Assembly (NCBI GenBank): GCA_044426085.1
Contig: JAWXUU010000002.1
Location: forward strand, 36,663 to 100,662
Reading direction: 5' to 3'
DNA: 64,000 nucleotides
Origin: Bacillota bacterium
GTDB lineage: Bacteria > Bacillota > Clostridia > Christensenellales > CAMQZB01
The position numbers and the translations under genes are program-made. Below the pieces are notes generated by a model. That model made no database searches. It was not told the DNA's origin and saw nothing but the letters and a program-made list of their open reading frames with translations. Position 1 is the stretch's first letter; every line of letters starts with the position of its first letter. Shown piece by piece: positions 8,190 to 18,953 of the stretch.

Positions 8190-8475
8190 ATTAAATATTT
8201 AAACCGTTGAGGTGGAGATAAAAATATTTGTGCATCCCAAGAGAGTTCGGGTGGGTGAGAGCCGAGCGAAACGCAGAATATTAAATGGACCACTGAGGGC
8301 GTAGTCAAAGGCAATTTATTGCTTAGTATTCTACGACGTAAGGCATGCGTAAGTTGTCGGGGGTTTGTTAGAACTTCGCTAAGCGCACGATAATTTTATC
8401 GTGAATCAAGGTGGCACCACGGAACCAGTATTTTCGTCCTTGACAATATTTCTATATTGTCAAGGACTTTTTTTA
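8190..8475 (+). promoter_or_regulatory. T-box riboswitch leader, tryptophan specifier (UGG)
   Basis: Stem I AGAGAG motif (8240-8245). Candidate specifier TGG at 8286-8288 followed by A. T-box sequence AATCAAGGTGGCACCACGG (8404-8422). Terminator GTCCTTGACAATAT/ATATTGTCAAGGAC (8436-8467) plus T7. Confidence 0.85.
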
Positions 8476-8520
8476 TACAAAAAATCAGTTTTTGGCAAAA
8501 AACAAGATGAGGAGACAACA

Positions 8521-10008
8521 ATGATTTATCCAACAATTGACCAAATTAAAGAGATTACAAAAAAGCACGATTGCAAAAAATTGCCTATGAAAGTTGAGCT
8601 TTATGCCGACCAAATCACACCAATTTCAGCACTCAGAAAATTCAAAGAACGAACAAAGCACTGCTTCATGCTTGAAAGTGCAGAAAGAACTCAGCGTTGG
8701 GGAAGATATTCATTTATCGGTTACGACCCAGAACTTGAAATCACTTGCCAAAACGGTGAAGTTCAAATAAAAGAGAAAGATAAAATAACAATCAAAAACC
8801 AAAATCCCGCAACCGTTATCCGTGAAATTCTCGCACAAAACAAGTCGATAAACTTGGAAGGCTTCCCATCATTTTGCGGTGGTCTTGTTGGATATTTTTC
8901 CTACGACTATATCAAATATCAAGAAGAAAGCTTGGTTCTTGACGCAAGCGACGAAGAGGGTTTCAAAGATGTAGACTTAATGCTTTTTGATAAAGTTATT
9001 TGCTTTGATAACTATAAACAAAGGATAATCCTTATCGCAAATATCAAAACAGATAACATTGAAGAAAACTATGCAAAAGGCATAGAAACTTTGAAAAACA
9101 TGGTTGAAATAATCAAGGACGGCAAGGAATTTAAAGAAGAAAAACTAACGCTTAAAAGCGATATTAAAAATTTGTTTTCCAAAGAAGAATATTGCAACAT
9201 GGTGAAAAAAGCAAAGGATTATATCTACGAAGGCGATATCTTCCAAGTGGTGTTGTCAAACAGATTTCACGCGGAAGTATCGGGAAGCTTGTTTGATACC
9301 TACAGAATTTTAAGAACATCAAATCCGTCACCTTATATGTTTTATTTCTCAAGCGACGATGTAGAAATCGTTGGTGCATCGCCAGAAACACTAGTGTCGC
9401 AAAAGGATGGCAAACTTCAAACTTTCCCACTCGCGGGCACTCGCCCAAGGGGTAAGACACAAGAAGAAGATGAAGCGTTTGAAATTTCACTTCTTGCCGA
9501 CGAAAAGGAAATCGCCGAACACAACATGCTTGTGGATCTAGGCAGAAACGACATCGGAAAAATCAGCAAAATTGGCAGTGTGGAAGTGGAAAAATATATG
9601 CAAATCGAACGTTTCTCACACGTTATGCACATCGGCTCAACAGTCAATGGAACACTTGAAAAAGGCAAGGATTCTATCGATGCAATGGATGCGATTTTGC
9701 CCGCGGGAACACTTTCGGGTGCACCAAAAATAAGAGCGTGCGAGATAATAAACGAGCTTGAAAACAACAAGCGTGGAATATACGGCGGAGCAATAGGCTA
9801 TATCGACTTTGCAGGAAATATGGACACTTGCATTGCAATCAGGCTAGCATTTATCAAAAACGGAAAGGTGTTTGTAAGGTCAGGCGCTGGAATAGTTGCC
9901 GACAGCGTGCCAGAAAGCGAATATGAAGAGTGCATAAACAAGGCAAAAGCCGTTATCGAAGCACTTAAAAAATCACAAGGAGGTATTGATTATGATATTA
10001 CTAATTGA
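8521..10008 (+). CDS. trpE: Anthranilate synthase component I
   Basis: Chorismate-binding family motifs (LAGTRPRG, GAPKIRA, RGIYGGAIGY). GAGGAG RBS before ATG 8521. The track start at 8401 would translate the T-box. Confidence 0.95.
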   Translation: MIYPTIDQIKEITKKHDCKKLPMKVELYADQITPISALRKFKERTKHCFMLESAERTQRWGRYSFIGYDPELEITCQNGEVQIKEKDKITIKNQNPATVIREILAQNKSINLEGFPSFCGGLVGYFSYDYIKYQEESLVLDASDEEGFKDVDLMLFDKVICFDNYKQRIILIANIKTDNIEENYAKGIETLKNMVEIIKDGKEFKEEKLTLKSDIKNLFSKEEYCNMVKKAKDYIYEGDIFQVVLSNRFHAEVSGSLFDTYRILRTSNPSPYMFYFSSDDVEIVGASPETLVSQKDGKLQTFPLAGTRPRGKTQEEDEAFEISLLADEKEIAEHNMLVDLGRNDIGKISKIGSVEVEKYMQIERFSHVMHIGSTVNGTLEKGKDSIDAMDAILPAGTLSGAPKIRACEIINELENNKRGIYGGAIGYIDFAGNMDTCIAIRLAFIKNGKVFVRSGAGIVADSVPESEYEECINKAKAVIEALKKSQGGIDYDITN

Positions 10009-10564
10009 CAACTACGACAGCTTTTCATACAATCTTTATCAACTTATTGGAAGTATGGATTCAGATATAAAAGTTGTGAGAAACGATAAAATCACAATTG
10101 AAGAAATTCAAAAACTCTCCCCAAAAGCGATTTTCCTTTCTCCGGGGCCTGGTCATCCAAAAGATGCGGGGATAATTGTGGAAGTAATTCAAAAGCTAGG
10201 TGATAAGTTCCCAATTTTCGGTGTGTGCCTTGGTCATCAAGCAATTTGCCATGCATACGGCGGAGTTGTTTCATACGCAAGCAAGCTTATGCACGGAAAA
10301 TCATCAATCGCACAAATAAATACAAACGCAGAAATTTTCAAGGGCATGCAAGAAAGCATGCAAGTTGCAAGATATCATTCATTATCAGCAGTGCAAAGCG
10401 AATTGCCAGACTGCCTTGAAGTGATTGCGCAAACGGAAAGCGGAGATATAATGGCGGTTTGCCACAAAACGCACAAAGTGTTCGGCGTGCAATTTCATCC
10501 CGAATCAGTATTGACACCGCAAGGATACAAAATCATTAAAAACTTTTTGGAGGTAATATCATGA
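9992..10564 (+). CDS. trpG: Anthranilate synthase component II (glutamine amidotransferase)
   Basis: Class-I GATase motifs GVCLGHQ and the HPES triad. AAGGAGG RBS before ATG 9992. Confidence 0.93.
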   Translation: MILLIDNYDSFSYNLYQLIGSMDSDIKVVRNDKITIEEIQKLSPKAIFLSPGPGHPKDAGIIVEVIQKLGDKFPIFGVCLGHQAICHAYGGVVSYASKLMHGKSSIAQINTNAEIFKGMQESMQVARYHSLSAVQSELPDCLEVIAQTESGDIMAVCHKTHKVFGVQFHPESVLTPQGYKIIKNFLEVIS

Positions 10565-11577
10565 ATATCGAAAATGCAATAATAAAACTAAGTGGAAAAG
10601 AAAACTTAACTCGCGAAGAATCAAAAGCTGTAATGAATGAAATCATGGATGGAACAGCAAGCGACATTCAAATTGCATCCTTTTTGACAGCACTGACAAT
10701 AAAAGGCGAAACAATCGAAGAAATCATCGGCTCAGCAAGTTCCATGCGTGAGCATTGCACAAGATTGCTACATGATATGGAAGTTTTGGAAATAGTCGGA
10801 ACAGGTGGCGACGGTTCAAATTCTTTCAATATTTCAACAACATCTTCAATTGTCATTTCAGCGGGCGGTGTTCCCGTTGCAAAGCACGGCAACCGTGCAG
10901 CATCAAGCCTTTCAGGTTCTGCCGATGTGTTGGAAGCGCTCGGTGTGAATATAAATATTTCACCTGAAAAAAGCAAAGAAATCCTAGACGAAATTGGAAT
11001 TTGTTTCCTTTTTGCACAAAGATATCATCAAGCGATGAAATACGTTGCCGGCGTGAGAAAGGAATTGCGTTTCAGAACGATTTTCAATATCCTAGGCCCA
11101 CTTTCAAACCCCGCTGGTGCAACTATGCAAGTTATGGGTGTATACGATGAAAGCCTTGTTTTGCCACTTGCAAAAGTGCTTTGTGCACTTGGTGTGAAAA
11201 GAGCAATGGTGGTTTATGGCAAGGATAAACTTGATGAAATTTCAGTTTGCGATAAAACTGTTATTTGTGAAGTAGACAACGGAAAATATATCTCATACGA
11301 AATTGAACCGGAAGATTTCGGATTTGAAAAATGCGATAAATCAGCACTTATCGGCGGAACGCCTAAAGAAAATGCAGAAATCACACTTTCAATCTTGAAC
11401 GGCGAAGAATCACCTCGCAAAAACGCAGTGTGTTTGAATGCGGGCGCAGGACTTTACATTGCAGGCAAAGCAAAAACTTTCGAAGAAGGTGTGAAGCTTG
11501 CAGGTGAAATCATAGAAAGCAAAAAAGCACTTGATAAACTTCTGCAGTTTATATCGCAATCAAATAAAGGAGAATAA
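10561..11577 (+). CDS. trpD: Anthranilate phosphoribosyltransferase
   Basis: GTGGDG..FNIST and KHGNRA motifs. ATGA overlap with trpG. Confidence 0.95.
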   Translation: MNIENAIIKLSGKENLTREESKAVMNEIMDGTASDIQIASFLTALTIKGETIEEIIGSASSMREHCTRLLHDMEVLEIVGTGGDGSNSFNISTTSSIVISAGGVPVAKHGNRAASSLSGSADVLEALGVNINISPEKSKEILDEIGICFLFAQRYHQAMKYVAGVRKELRFRTIFNILGPLSNPAGATMQVMGVYDESLVLPLAKVLCALGVKRAMVVYGKDKLDEISVCDKTVICEVDNGKYISYEIEPEDFGFEKCDKSALIGGTPKENAEITLSILNGEESPRKNAVCLNAGAGLYIAGKAKTFEEGVKLAGEIIESKKALDKLLQFISQSNKGE

Positions 11578-11578
11578 T

Positions 11579-12400
11579 ATGCTAAACGAAAACGGCATAA
11601 AAGTTGATAACAAAAGAAATATCCTAAATGAAATTGCAGAAAAAACAAAGCGTAGGATTGCAGTTGAAAGAATTATTTTCCCACTTGAAGAAATTGCACA
11701 TCAAGCGGAAAATATGCCTATTGGAAATTTCGAATTTGAAAAAGCAATTTCAAAAAAAGGAATGTCATTTATCTGCGAAGTGAAAAAAGCATCACCTTCA
11801 AAAGGCGTTATCGCAGAAGAATTTTCATACATGCAAATTGCAAAAGACTATGAAAGTGCAGGTGCATCGGCAATATCTTGCTTGACAGAACCAGAATATT
11901 TCATGGGCAAAAACAAATATTTGAAAGAAATTTCTCAAAATGTGTCATTGCCAATACTAAAAAAGGATTTCTTTGTCGATGAATATATGATTTACCAAGC
12001 AAAAATCTACGGTGCAAGTGCCATTTTGCTTATCTGCTCAATTCTCACAGATTCTGAGCTCGCAAAATACTTTGAAATCGCAAATAAGCTTGGATTATCA
12101 GCAGTTTTTGAAGCGCACGATGAAATTGAAATCCAAAGGGCAATAAACTGCGGAGCAAGAGTTATCGGCGTGAACAACAGAAACCTTAAAACTTTTGAAA
12201 TGAACTTTTCAAACAGCATAAACCTTCGCAAAATGGTGGGTGAAGATGTGATTTTCATTTCAGAAAGCGGAATAAGATGTCGTGAAGATATAAACATGCT
12301 AGAAAACAACAATATCAACGCTGTTCTCATCGGCGAAACGCTCATGCGTGCACCTGATAAAAAGCTTATCCTAAATAAACTCAAGGGGATAACAGCATGA
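11579..12400 (+). CDS. trpC: Indole-3-glycerol-phosphate synthase
   Basis: [15 protein letters not shown] and GVNNRNL motifs. AAAGGAGA RBS before ATG 11579. Confidence 0.93.
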   Translation: MLNENGIKVDNKRNILNEIAEKTKRRIAVERIIFPLEEIAHQAENMPIGNFEFEKAISKKGMSFICEVKKASPSKGVIAEEFSYMQIAKDYESAGASAISCLTEPEYFMGKNKYLKEISQNVSLPILKKDFFVDEYMIYQAKIYGASAILLICSILTDSELAKYFEIANKLGLSAVFEAHDEIEIQRAINCGARVIGVNNRNLKTFEMNFSNSINLRKMVGEDVIFISESGIRCREDINMLENNNINAVLIGETLMRAPDKKLILNKLKGITA

Positions 12401-14271
12401 CAAAAATCAAAATCTGCGGACTAAAAAGAATGGAAGACATTCAAGTTGCAAATAAACTTAATCCCGATTTTATCGGCTTCGTATTTGCGAAAAGCAAGCG
12501 TCAAATCACAAAAGAAACTGCAAAAACTTTGAAAGATATGCTAAATCCAGAAATAAAAGTGTGTGGAGTTTTTGTGAATGAAAACATTCAAACAATGTGT
12601 GATTTGGTGAAAAATAACATAATAAACATAATCCAACTTCACGGAAACGAAACTGAAAAAGACATTGAAAAAATAAAATCAATTTTGCCACAAACAGAGA
12701 TTATAAAAGCTTTGAATGTAAGGCAAAAATCCGATATAACAGCATGGAAAAACTCTAAAGCCGACTATTTAATACTAGATAATGGCGTCGGCGGAACGGG
12801 TGAAAAGTTCGATTGGGAAATCTTGAAAGAACTGACAAATTTCAACAAAAAAATAATAATAGCAGGCGGACTTAACCCCGAAAATGTAAGCGAAGTTTTG
12901 AAATTCAATCCATACGGAGTTGACGTTTCAAGCGGAGTTGAAACAGACGGGTATAAGGACAAAGAAAAAATGCACGAATTTGTGCAAAAAGTGAGAGGAA
13001 ACTCGAAAATAAAAAATAATTTAAGGAAAGAATCAACCGCGGAATTTTCATCAAATTTTGTGGATTGCTATTCGTGGAATATAAATATGAAAAAAGGTAG
13101 ATTTGGCGTGCACGGTGGACAGTATATCCCCGAAACATTGATGAACACGATAACAGAGCTTGATCAAGCTTATAACAAATATAAAGATGATGAAGATTTT
13201 CAAAAAGAACTTCAAACACTTCTCAACGAATACGCAGGCAGACCGTCGCTTTTGTATTTCGCAAAGCGTATGACTGATGATCTTGGCGGTGCAAAAATCT
13301 ATCTTAAACGCGAAGATTTGAACCACACAGGCGCACACAAAATCAACAACGTGCTAGGTCAAGTTTTGCTTGCAAAAAAAATGGGCAAAACTCGCGTTAT
13401 TGCAGAAACAGGTGCAGGTCAACACGGCGTTGCAACAGCAACAGCAGCCGCGCTCATGGGTATGGAATGCGAGATTTACATGGGCAAGGAAGACACACAG
13501 CGTCAAGCACTTAATGTCTACAGAATGAAGCTTTTGGGCGCGCAAGTTCACCCCGTGACAAGCGGAACAGCAACTTTGAAAGATGCAGTTTCCGAAACGA
13601 TGCGCGAATGGACAAAACGCATGGAAGACACGCATTATGTTTTGGGTTCAGTTATGGGTCCCCACCCATTCCCAACAATGGTTCGCGACTTCCAAGCCGT
13701 TATTTCAAAAGAAATTAAAGAACAAATCTTGCAAAAAGAAGGCAAACTTCCAACCGCAGTTCTCGCATGTGTGGGTGGCGGTTCAAACGCAATAGGTGCA
13801 TTTTATAACTTTATCGAAGAAGAGTCAGTTCGCCTTGTCGGCTGTGAAGCCGCAGGAAGAGGTGTGAAAACGGCGGAAACAGCAGCGACAATCGCAACGG
13901 GAAGCCTAGGGATTTTCCACGGCATGAAGTCATATTTCTGTCAAGACCAATATGGTCAAATCGCACCAGTATATTCAATTTCTGCTGGTCTAGATTATCC
14001 TGGCATAGGTCCAGAACATGCAAACCTACACGATATTGGTCGCGCAGAATATGTAAACGTGACAGACGACGAAGCGGTTGAAGCCTTTGAATACCTTTCA
14101 AGAACAGAAGGAATCATTCCCGCAATCGAATCCGCCCATGCCGTTGCCCACGCAATGAAAATCGCGGGCGAAATGGAGAAGGAAGATATAATCGTAATCA
14201 ACTTATCGGGCAGAGGCGATAAAGACTGTGCTCAAATCGCAAGATATAGGGGGCAAGAAATCAATGAGTAA
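12397..14271 (+). CDS. trpF-trpB: Fused phosphoribosylanthranilate isomerase (TrpF, aa 1-~200) and tryptophan synthase beta chain (TrpB, from aa 231)
   Basis: A single uninterrupted 624-aa frame. The N-terminus is TrpF-like (KICGL...GGLNPENV). The C-terminus is TrpB ([30 protein letters not shown]). There is no stop and no SD before the internal ATG at 13087. Confidence 0.88.
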   Translation: MTKIKICGLKRMEDIQVANKLNPDFIGFVFAKSKRQITKETAKTLKDMLNPEIKVCGVFVNENIQTMCDLVKNNIINIIQLHGNETEKDIEKIKSILPQTEIIKALNVRQKSDITAWKNSKADYLILDNGVGGTGEKFDWEILKELTNFNKKIIIAGGLNPENVSEVLKFNPYGVDVSSGVETDGYKDKEKMHEFVQKVRGNSKIKNNLRKESTAEFSSNFVDCYSWNINMKKGRFGVHGGQYIPETLMNTITELDQAYNKYKDDEDFQKELQTLLNEYAGRPSLLYFAKRMTDDLGGAKIYLKREDLNHTGAHKINNVLGQVLLAKKMGKTRVIAETGAGQHGVATATAAALMGMECEIYMGKEDTQRQALNVYRMKLLGAQVHPVTSGTATLKDAVSETMREWTKRMEDTHYVLGSVMGPHPFPTMVRDFQAVISKEIKEQILQKEGKLPTAVLACVGGGSNAIGAFYNFIEEESVRLVGCEAAGRGVKTAETAATIATGSLGIFHGMKSYFCQDQYGQIAPVYSISAGLDYPGIGPEHANLHDIGRAEYVNVTDDEAVEAFEYLSRTEGIIPAIESAHAVAHAMKIAGEMEKEDIIVINLSGRGDKDCAQIARYRGQEINE

Positions 14272-15025
14272 AATAACAGACGCATTCAAAAACGGCAAGG
14301 CATTCATCCCGTTTATCACATGTGGCGATCCAAACCTAGAAACATCAAAGAAACTTATATACGCACTCTCAGAAGCGGGTGCAAGCATAATAGAGCTCGG
14401 CATTCCATTTTCCGACCCAACCGCTGAAGGTCCAGTTATCCAATCGGCAAACGAAAGGGCGCTTAAAACAGGAGTGACAACTGATAAAATTTTTCAAATG
14501 CTAGAAGATGTGAAAGTGGAAACCCCGCTTGTTTTCATGACGTATGCAAACGTGCTGTTTTCATATGGTATCGAAAGATTTATCAAAAAAGCAGTAAAAT
14601 GCGGTATTTGCGGTGTTATCATACCCGATATCCCATTCGAAGAAAAAGAAGAATTTGAAATTGTTTGCAAAGCTTATAACATAGATTTCATGTCGCTTAT
14701 CGCGCCAAATTCCGACCAAAGAATAGCGATGATTGCAAAAGAAGCAACGGGATTTGTATATTGCGTATCATCACTTGGCGTGACGGGTGCAAGAACAAGT
14801 GTCGCTTCAAACATCGGTGAAATGATTGAAAAAATCAAACAGCAAACAAACACACCGTGTGCAATCGGCTTTGGAATATCATCGCCAGAAATGGCGGGCG
14901 AGATGTCAAAAATTTCCGATGGTGTCATTGTGGGCTCAGCAATCGTGAAGATGTGCGAACAATATAAGGAAGATTGCATAAAACCAATCACAGATTTTGT
15001 TTTGGCATGCAAAAAGGCAATGTAG
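14264..15025 (+). CDS. trpA: Tryptophan synthase alpha chain
   Basis: Motifs [24 protein letters not shown] and GFGIS. 8-nt overlap with the trpB stop. Confidence 0.95.
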   Translation: MSKITDAFKNGKAFIPFITCGDPNLETSKKLIYALSEAGASIIELGIPFSDPTAEGPVIQSANERALKTGVTTDKIFQMLEDVKVETPLVFMTYANVLFSYGIERFIKKAVKCGICGVIIPDIPFEEKEEFEIVCKAYNIDFMSLIAPNSDQRIAMIAKEATGFVYCVSSLGVTGARTSVASNIGEMIEKIKQQTNTPCAIGFGISSPEMAGEMSKISDGVIVGSAIVKMCEQYKEDCIKPITDFVLACKKAM

Positions 15026-15158
15026 CACATCAACTACAAAAAAATATAACAAAGCCAATCTTATTTTCATAAAATACTAAAAATGATGTTGCATTTTCGA
15101 AAATTAATGGTATAATCATTTTATACGCAAAGATGAGAGATAAGGGGTACGAAAGAAA

Positions 15159-16709
15159 ATGCAATCAGTGGTTATAACATTCGACGTAGGAACGCAAAGT
15201 TTACGTGGAATGATAGTTGATAAAAAGGGAAATTTGCTCGCGTTTGAGCGTGAAATGTATGAAGCACCATATTTTTCGCAATTTCCAACTTGGGCAGAGC
15301 AAAAGCCAAACTTTTATTATGAAAGCCTTTGCCGAGTTTCAAGAAAGCTAAAAGAAAATAATAAAGAACTCTTTGAAAGTGCAATCGCAGTCACTGTAAC
15401 AGTTTTTCGCGACACAACACTTTGCTTGGATAAAAACAATAAGCCACTTCGCGACATCGTGATGTGGCTTGATAAACGTGAAACCAAAAATTCGAAAAAA
15501 TTATCACCATTGCAAACAGTGGCATTCAAAGCTGTTGGCATGCTAGATGTCATCAAAAGTCAACAAAAAATGGCTTCTTGCAATTGGGTGCAAGAAAACC
15601 AACCAGAAATTTGGGAAAAGACAGCAAAATTTGTCTTGCTTCCAACATATCTGAACTATCAACTGACGGGCAATTTAATCGATTCCAACGCAAACATAAT
15701 AGGTCATGTTCCAATCGACTATAAAAACAAGCGTTGGCAACCAAAGGGTGCACTCACAAGATGTCTTGCGGATATCCCAATGGAAAAACTTGTTCCAATC
15801 GTAAACCCGGGCGACACAATCGGTCACATAACAGAGCAAACATCAATCGATTCAGGCATAAAGCAAGGCTTGCCACTCATTGCTACGGGCGCTGATAAAT
15901 CATGTGAAACGCTTGGTCTTTCAGTGACAGACACAACAAAAGCCGCCATTTCATACGGCACTGCCGCCACAATCCAAGTGGTTTCAAAAAAATATATCGA
16001 AGTTCCAAAATTCGCCCCAACATATCCATCTGTCATGGGGGATAGATTCAATGTAGAACTTCAAATATACCGCGGATATTGGATGCTCACATGGTTTAAA
16101 AACAACTTTGTTCAAAAAGAAGCTCAGCAGGCTGAAGAACTTGGCGTATCTGTTGAAACAATTTTGAATTCAAAACTAAAGGATATCCCAGCGGGTTCAA
16201 ACGGACTTTTATTGCAAGCGCTTTGGGGGCCAGGCGTGATAACGCCAAACGTGAAAGGTGCAATCATTGGATTTTCTGATGTGCACACAAAAATGCATAT
16301 CTATCGTGCCATCATCGAAGGCATATGCTTTGGGCTTATGGAAGGGATGTACGGCATGGAAAAGAAGTCTAAAACAAAAGTGAAAGAACTCTACGTCGCA
16401 GGTGGCGGAAGTCAATCGGAAGAAATCTGCCAAATAACAGCAAATATGTTCGGCTTGCCAGTAAAGCGTGCCCACGACCACGAAACTTGTGGCATCGGCT
16501 GTGCAATGGTGGCATTTGTTTCCCTTGGCGAATTCAAATCATATGACGAAGCAATAAAAAATATGTGCCACGAAAAAGACACATTCTATCCAGACATGAA
16601 AGAACATGCAATCTATAAAGATATATACGATAACACATATTCAAAAATGCTAAAAAGATTGCAACCACTATACACATCAACAAAGAAAATAATAAATAAG
16701 AACAAATAA
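15159..16709 (+). CDS. FGGY-family carbohydrate kinase
   Basis: The N-terminus FDVGTQSLRG and the C-terminal GGGSQS motif are typical of xylulokinase/FGGY kinases. The substrate cannot be assigned. Confidence 0.8.
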   Translation: MQSVVITFDVGTQSLRGMIVDKKGNLLAFEREMYEAPYFSQFPTWAEQKPNFYYESLCRVSRKLKENNKELFESAIAVTVTVFRDTTLCLDKNNKPLRDIVMWLDKRETKNSKKLSPLQTVAFKAVGMLDVIKSQQKMASCNWVQENQPEIWEKTAKFVLLPTYLNYQLTGNLIDSNANIIGHVPIDYKNKRWQPKGALTRCLADIPMEKLVPIVNPGDTIGHITEQTSIDSGIKQGLPLIATGADKSCETLGLSVTDTTKAAISYGTAATIQVVSKKYIEVPKFAPTYPSVMGDRFNVELQIYRGYWMLTWFKNNFVQKEAQQAEELGVSVETILNSKLKDIPAGSNGLLLQALWGPGVITPNVKGAIIGFSDVHTKMHIYRAIIEGICFGLMEGMYGMEKKSKTKVKELYVAGGGSQSEEICQITANMFGLPVKRAHDHETCGIGCAMVAFVSLGEFKSYDEAIKNMCHEKDTFYPDMKEHAIYKDIYDNTYSKMLKRLQPLYTSTKKIINKNK

Positions 16710-16787
16710 ACATATATATAAGAAATTATATATAAACCTAGAAATTCATAGACTATAACTAAACAAAAAATAAGGGCACAGGAAAAT

Positions 16788-18296
16788 ATGAAAAGAAGCG
16801 GAATACTCATGCACGTAAGCTCCCTACCAAGCAAATATGGCATTGGAACATTGGGGGAGGAAGCGTATAATTTTATAGATTTTTTATCATCGTCAAATTG
16901 CACAGTGTGGCAAGTTTTGCCACTTGGTCAAACGGGGTTTGGTGATTCACCATATCAAAGTGTATCGTCTTTTGCGGGCAATCCATACTTTATCGACCTA
17001 GAAACACTTGTGAAAGAAGACTTGCTTATCTCATCAGACTTGCCAGAAAAAAGAGCGACAAATCTCGGCATTGATTATGGCGAACTCTATATCAAAAAAT
17101 ATGCAACACTAAGAAAAAGCTTTGAAAAAAGCTACTTCAAAGTGAGTTCTGAAGTTGAAAAATTCAAAGAAGAACACGAATGGATTGATGATTATTCTAT
17201 GTTCATGGCAATAAAAAATCACTACAAAGGCGAATCGTGGCAAAACTGGAAAGATGAAAAGCTAAGAATGCACAATGCCGAAGCAATCCAAACGGCAAGG
17301 GCAATTTTGCAAGACGATATAAACTTTTATTGCTATGTGCAATATTTGTTTTTCAAACAATGGCGTGCACTTCGCGATTATGCAAACAAAAAATCAATAA
17401 AAATCTGTGGCGACTTGCCAATATATTGTGCGCTTGATTCCGCCGACGTGTGGGGGAACAGTGAATGTTTCCAACTAAGCGAAGAAAAAGTTCCGCAAAA
17501 AGTTGCGGGCGTGCCACCGGATTATTTCTCTGCTGATGGTCAGCTTTGGGGCAATCCACTTTATGATTGGAAACATCTTGATAAAACAGAATATAAATTT
17601 TGGATAAAGCGTATGCAAGCCACTGCGGAACTTTTCGACATAGTCCGTATCGACCATTTTATCGGCTTTGTGAACTATTATTCAATCGATGCGTCAGCAA
17701 CAACAGCAAAGGAAGGCGTTTGGGAAAAAGGTCCAAAACATCCACTTTTCAAAGCAATTCAAAGCAATGTGCCTCAGCTTGAAATCATCGCAGAAGATTT
17801 GGGCTCGCTCAGTGCTGAAGTAACAGCTCTAAAGGAAGATTTCAACTTCCCGGGAATGCACGTCTTGATGTTCATGGTTCCACTTCAAAAAACTCACGAT
17901 CAAGAATATCTTCCACTTCAAATAACAGAAAATTCCGTGTGCTACACAGGCACTCACGATAACGACACAACTCTTTCATGGTGGAAAAATCTTGATGATA
18001 ACAGCAAGCATAGCATACTAGAATCATTTAAAATCAAAAACGATAAAAACATCGTGACCGACCTTATAAGTATTTGCTTTGCAAGCGATTCACAAACGGT
18101 GATAATCCCAATCCAAGACTATCTAAACCTTGGCGGAGAAGCCAGAATGAACACCCCAGGAACATCAGAAAACAACTGGCAATTCAGAATAAATTCAGGC
18201 GATCTAACAAAATCCCTATCCAAAAAAATTGCAGGCTTAAACAAAAAATATAAAAGAGCATTGCAAGTAAAAACCACAAGTAAACACAGAAAATAA
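16788..18296 (+). CDS. malQ: 4-alpha-glucanotransferase (amylomaltase, GH77)
   Basis: RSGILMHVSSLPS..GIG, WQVLPLG, RIDHF and TGTHDN motifs. Confidence 0.9.
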   Translation: MKRSGILMHVSSLPSKYGIGTLGEEAYNFIDFLSSSNCTVWQVLPLGQTGFGDSPYQSVSSFAGNPYFIDLETLVKEDLLISSDLPEKRATNLGIDYGELYIKKYATLRKSFEKSYFKVSSEVEKFKEEHEWIDDYSMFMAIKNHYKGESWQNWKDEKLRMHNAEAIQTARAILQDDINFYCYVQYLFFKQWRALRDYANKKSIKICGDLPIYCALDSADVWGNSECFQLSEEKVPQKVAGVPPDYFSADGQLWGNPLYDWKHLDKTEYKFWIKRMQATAELFDIVRIDHFIGFVNYYSIDASATTAKEGVWEKGPKHPLFKAIQSNVPQLEIIAEDLGSLSAEVTALKEDFNFPGMHVLMFMVPLQKTHDQEYLPLQITENSVCYTGTHDNDTTLSWWKNLDDNSKHSILESFKIKNDKNIVTDLISICFASDSQTVIIPIQDYLNLGGEARMNTPGTSENNWQFRINSGDLTKSLSKKIAGLNKKYKRALQVKTTSKHRK

Positions 18297-18330
18297 TCTT
18301 AAAACATAAAATTTCAACAAAAACACAAAA

Positions 18331-18360
18331 GCGAGTGAATAAAATTTCACTCGCTTTTTT
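18331..18360. terminator. Bidirectional intrinsic terminator (malQ / XRE gene)
   Basis: GCGAGTGAA (18331-18339) pairs with TTCACTCGC (18346-18354). A-run upstream, T6 downstream. Confidence 0.7.
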
Positions 18361-18398
18361 ATATGATTGTAAATAATTATCAAAAAATGAGCATGAAA

Positions 18399-18611
18399 CT
18401 ATTCCACCCCAAAAAATTCATTTGGAGTAGTTTCAAATTTGGTGCAAAAAGACAAAATATTATCATACCCAGGTTTCTTCTTCCCAAGAAGCCATTGACT
18501 GATAGTGGTCTGATTAACATCTAAAATTTCCGCAACTTTTTGCTGGCTCAAATTTCTTTCAGCCATGATTTGTTCCAATAATTCAATATAATTCATAATA
18601 AAAGTATACAT
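18399..18611 (-). CDS. XRE/Cro-family helix-turn-helix transcriptional regulator
   Basis: 70-aa ORF with an HTH segment LSQQKVAEILDVNQTTISQWLLGKKKP. The start is uncertain (18611 or 18596). Confidence 0.75.
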   Translation of the reverse strand: MYTFIMNYIELLEQIMAERNLSQQKVAEILDVNQTTISQWLLGKKKPGYDNILSFCTKFETTPNEFFGVE

Positions 18612-18617
18612 TTTTTT

Positions 18618-18659
18618 TAGGTCAAAAGTCTTGACATAGGTCTTATGACCTAGTATAAT
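18618..18659 (+). promoter_or_regulatory. Promoter TTGACA-N17-TATAAT whose spacer is a perfect palindromic operator (TAGGTC-TTAT-GACCTA)
   Basis: TTGACA at 18631-18636, TATAAT at 18654-18659, palindrome at 18637-18652, and an extra TAGGTC half-site at 18618-18623. It sits immediately next to the XRE start codon. Confidence 0.55.
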
Positions 18660-18953
18660 GTAGTGGATATAGTAATTTAGAAAATGTGTTTACAGCAGAT
18701 ATTATGTACAATATCTGTGAAATTAAAGTGCAATATATATAAATAAAACATTGCAATCAGCCATATGTTCAGCGGATGTACATTAATATGGCATGTTATG
18801 TATTCAATAATGCACTATGTGACAAAATATGTAAATCAATCAACATATTTCTTGACAATATATATTCATCTTACTATACTAACAACATACTGTGCGACGA
18901 TAATTATGTTCGCATAAGTATACTATGGTTATAAAAGTATAGGAGGTTTTGTA

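Noticed and set aside
8401-8520. N-terminal 40-aa extension of trpE given by the ORF track (alternative start at 8401)
   Set aside because: It would translate the T-box sequence and its terminator. The real start, ATG 8521, has a GAGGAG RBS and matches normal TrpE N-termini.
18399-18611. Considered the XRE protein as the antitoxin of a toxin-antitoxin pair
   Set aside because: There is no co-directional partner ORF. The gene is followed directly by a terminator, and its operator sits in the adhesin promoter.
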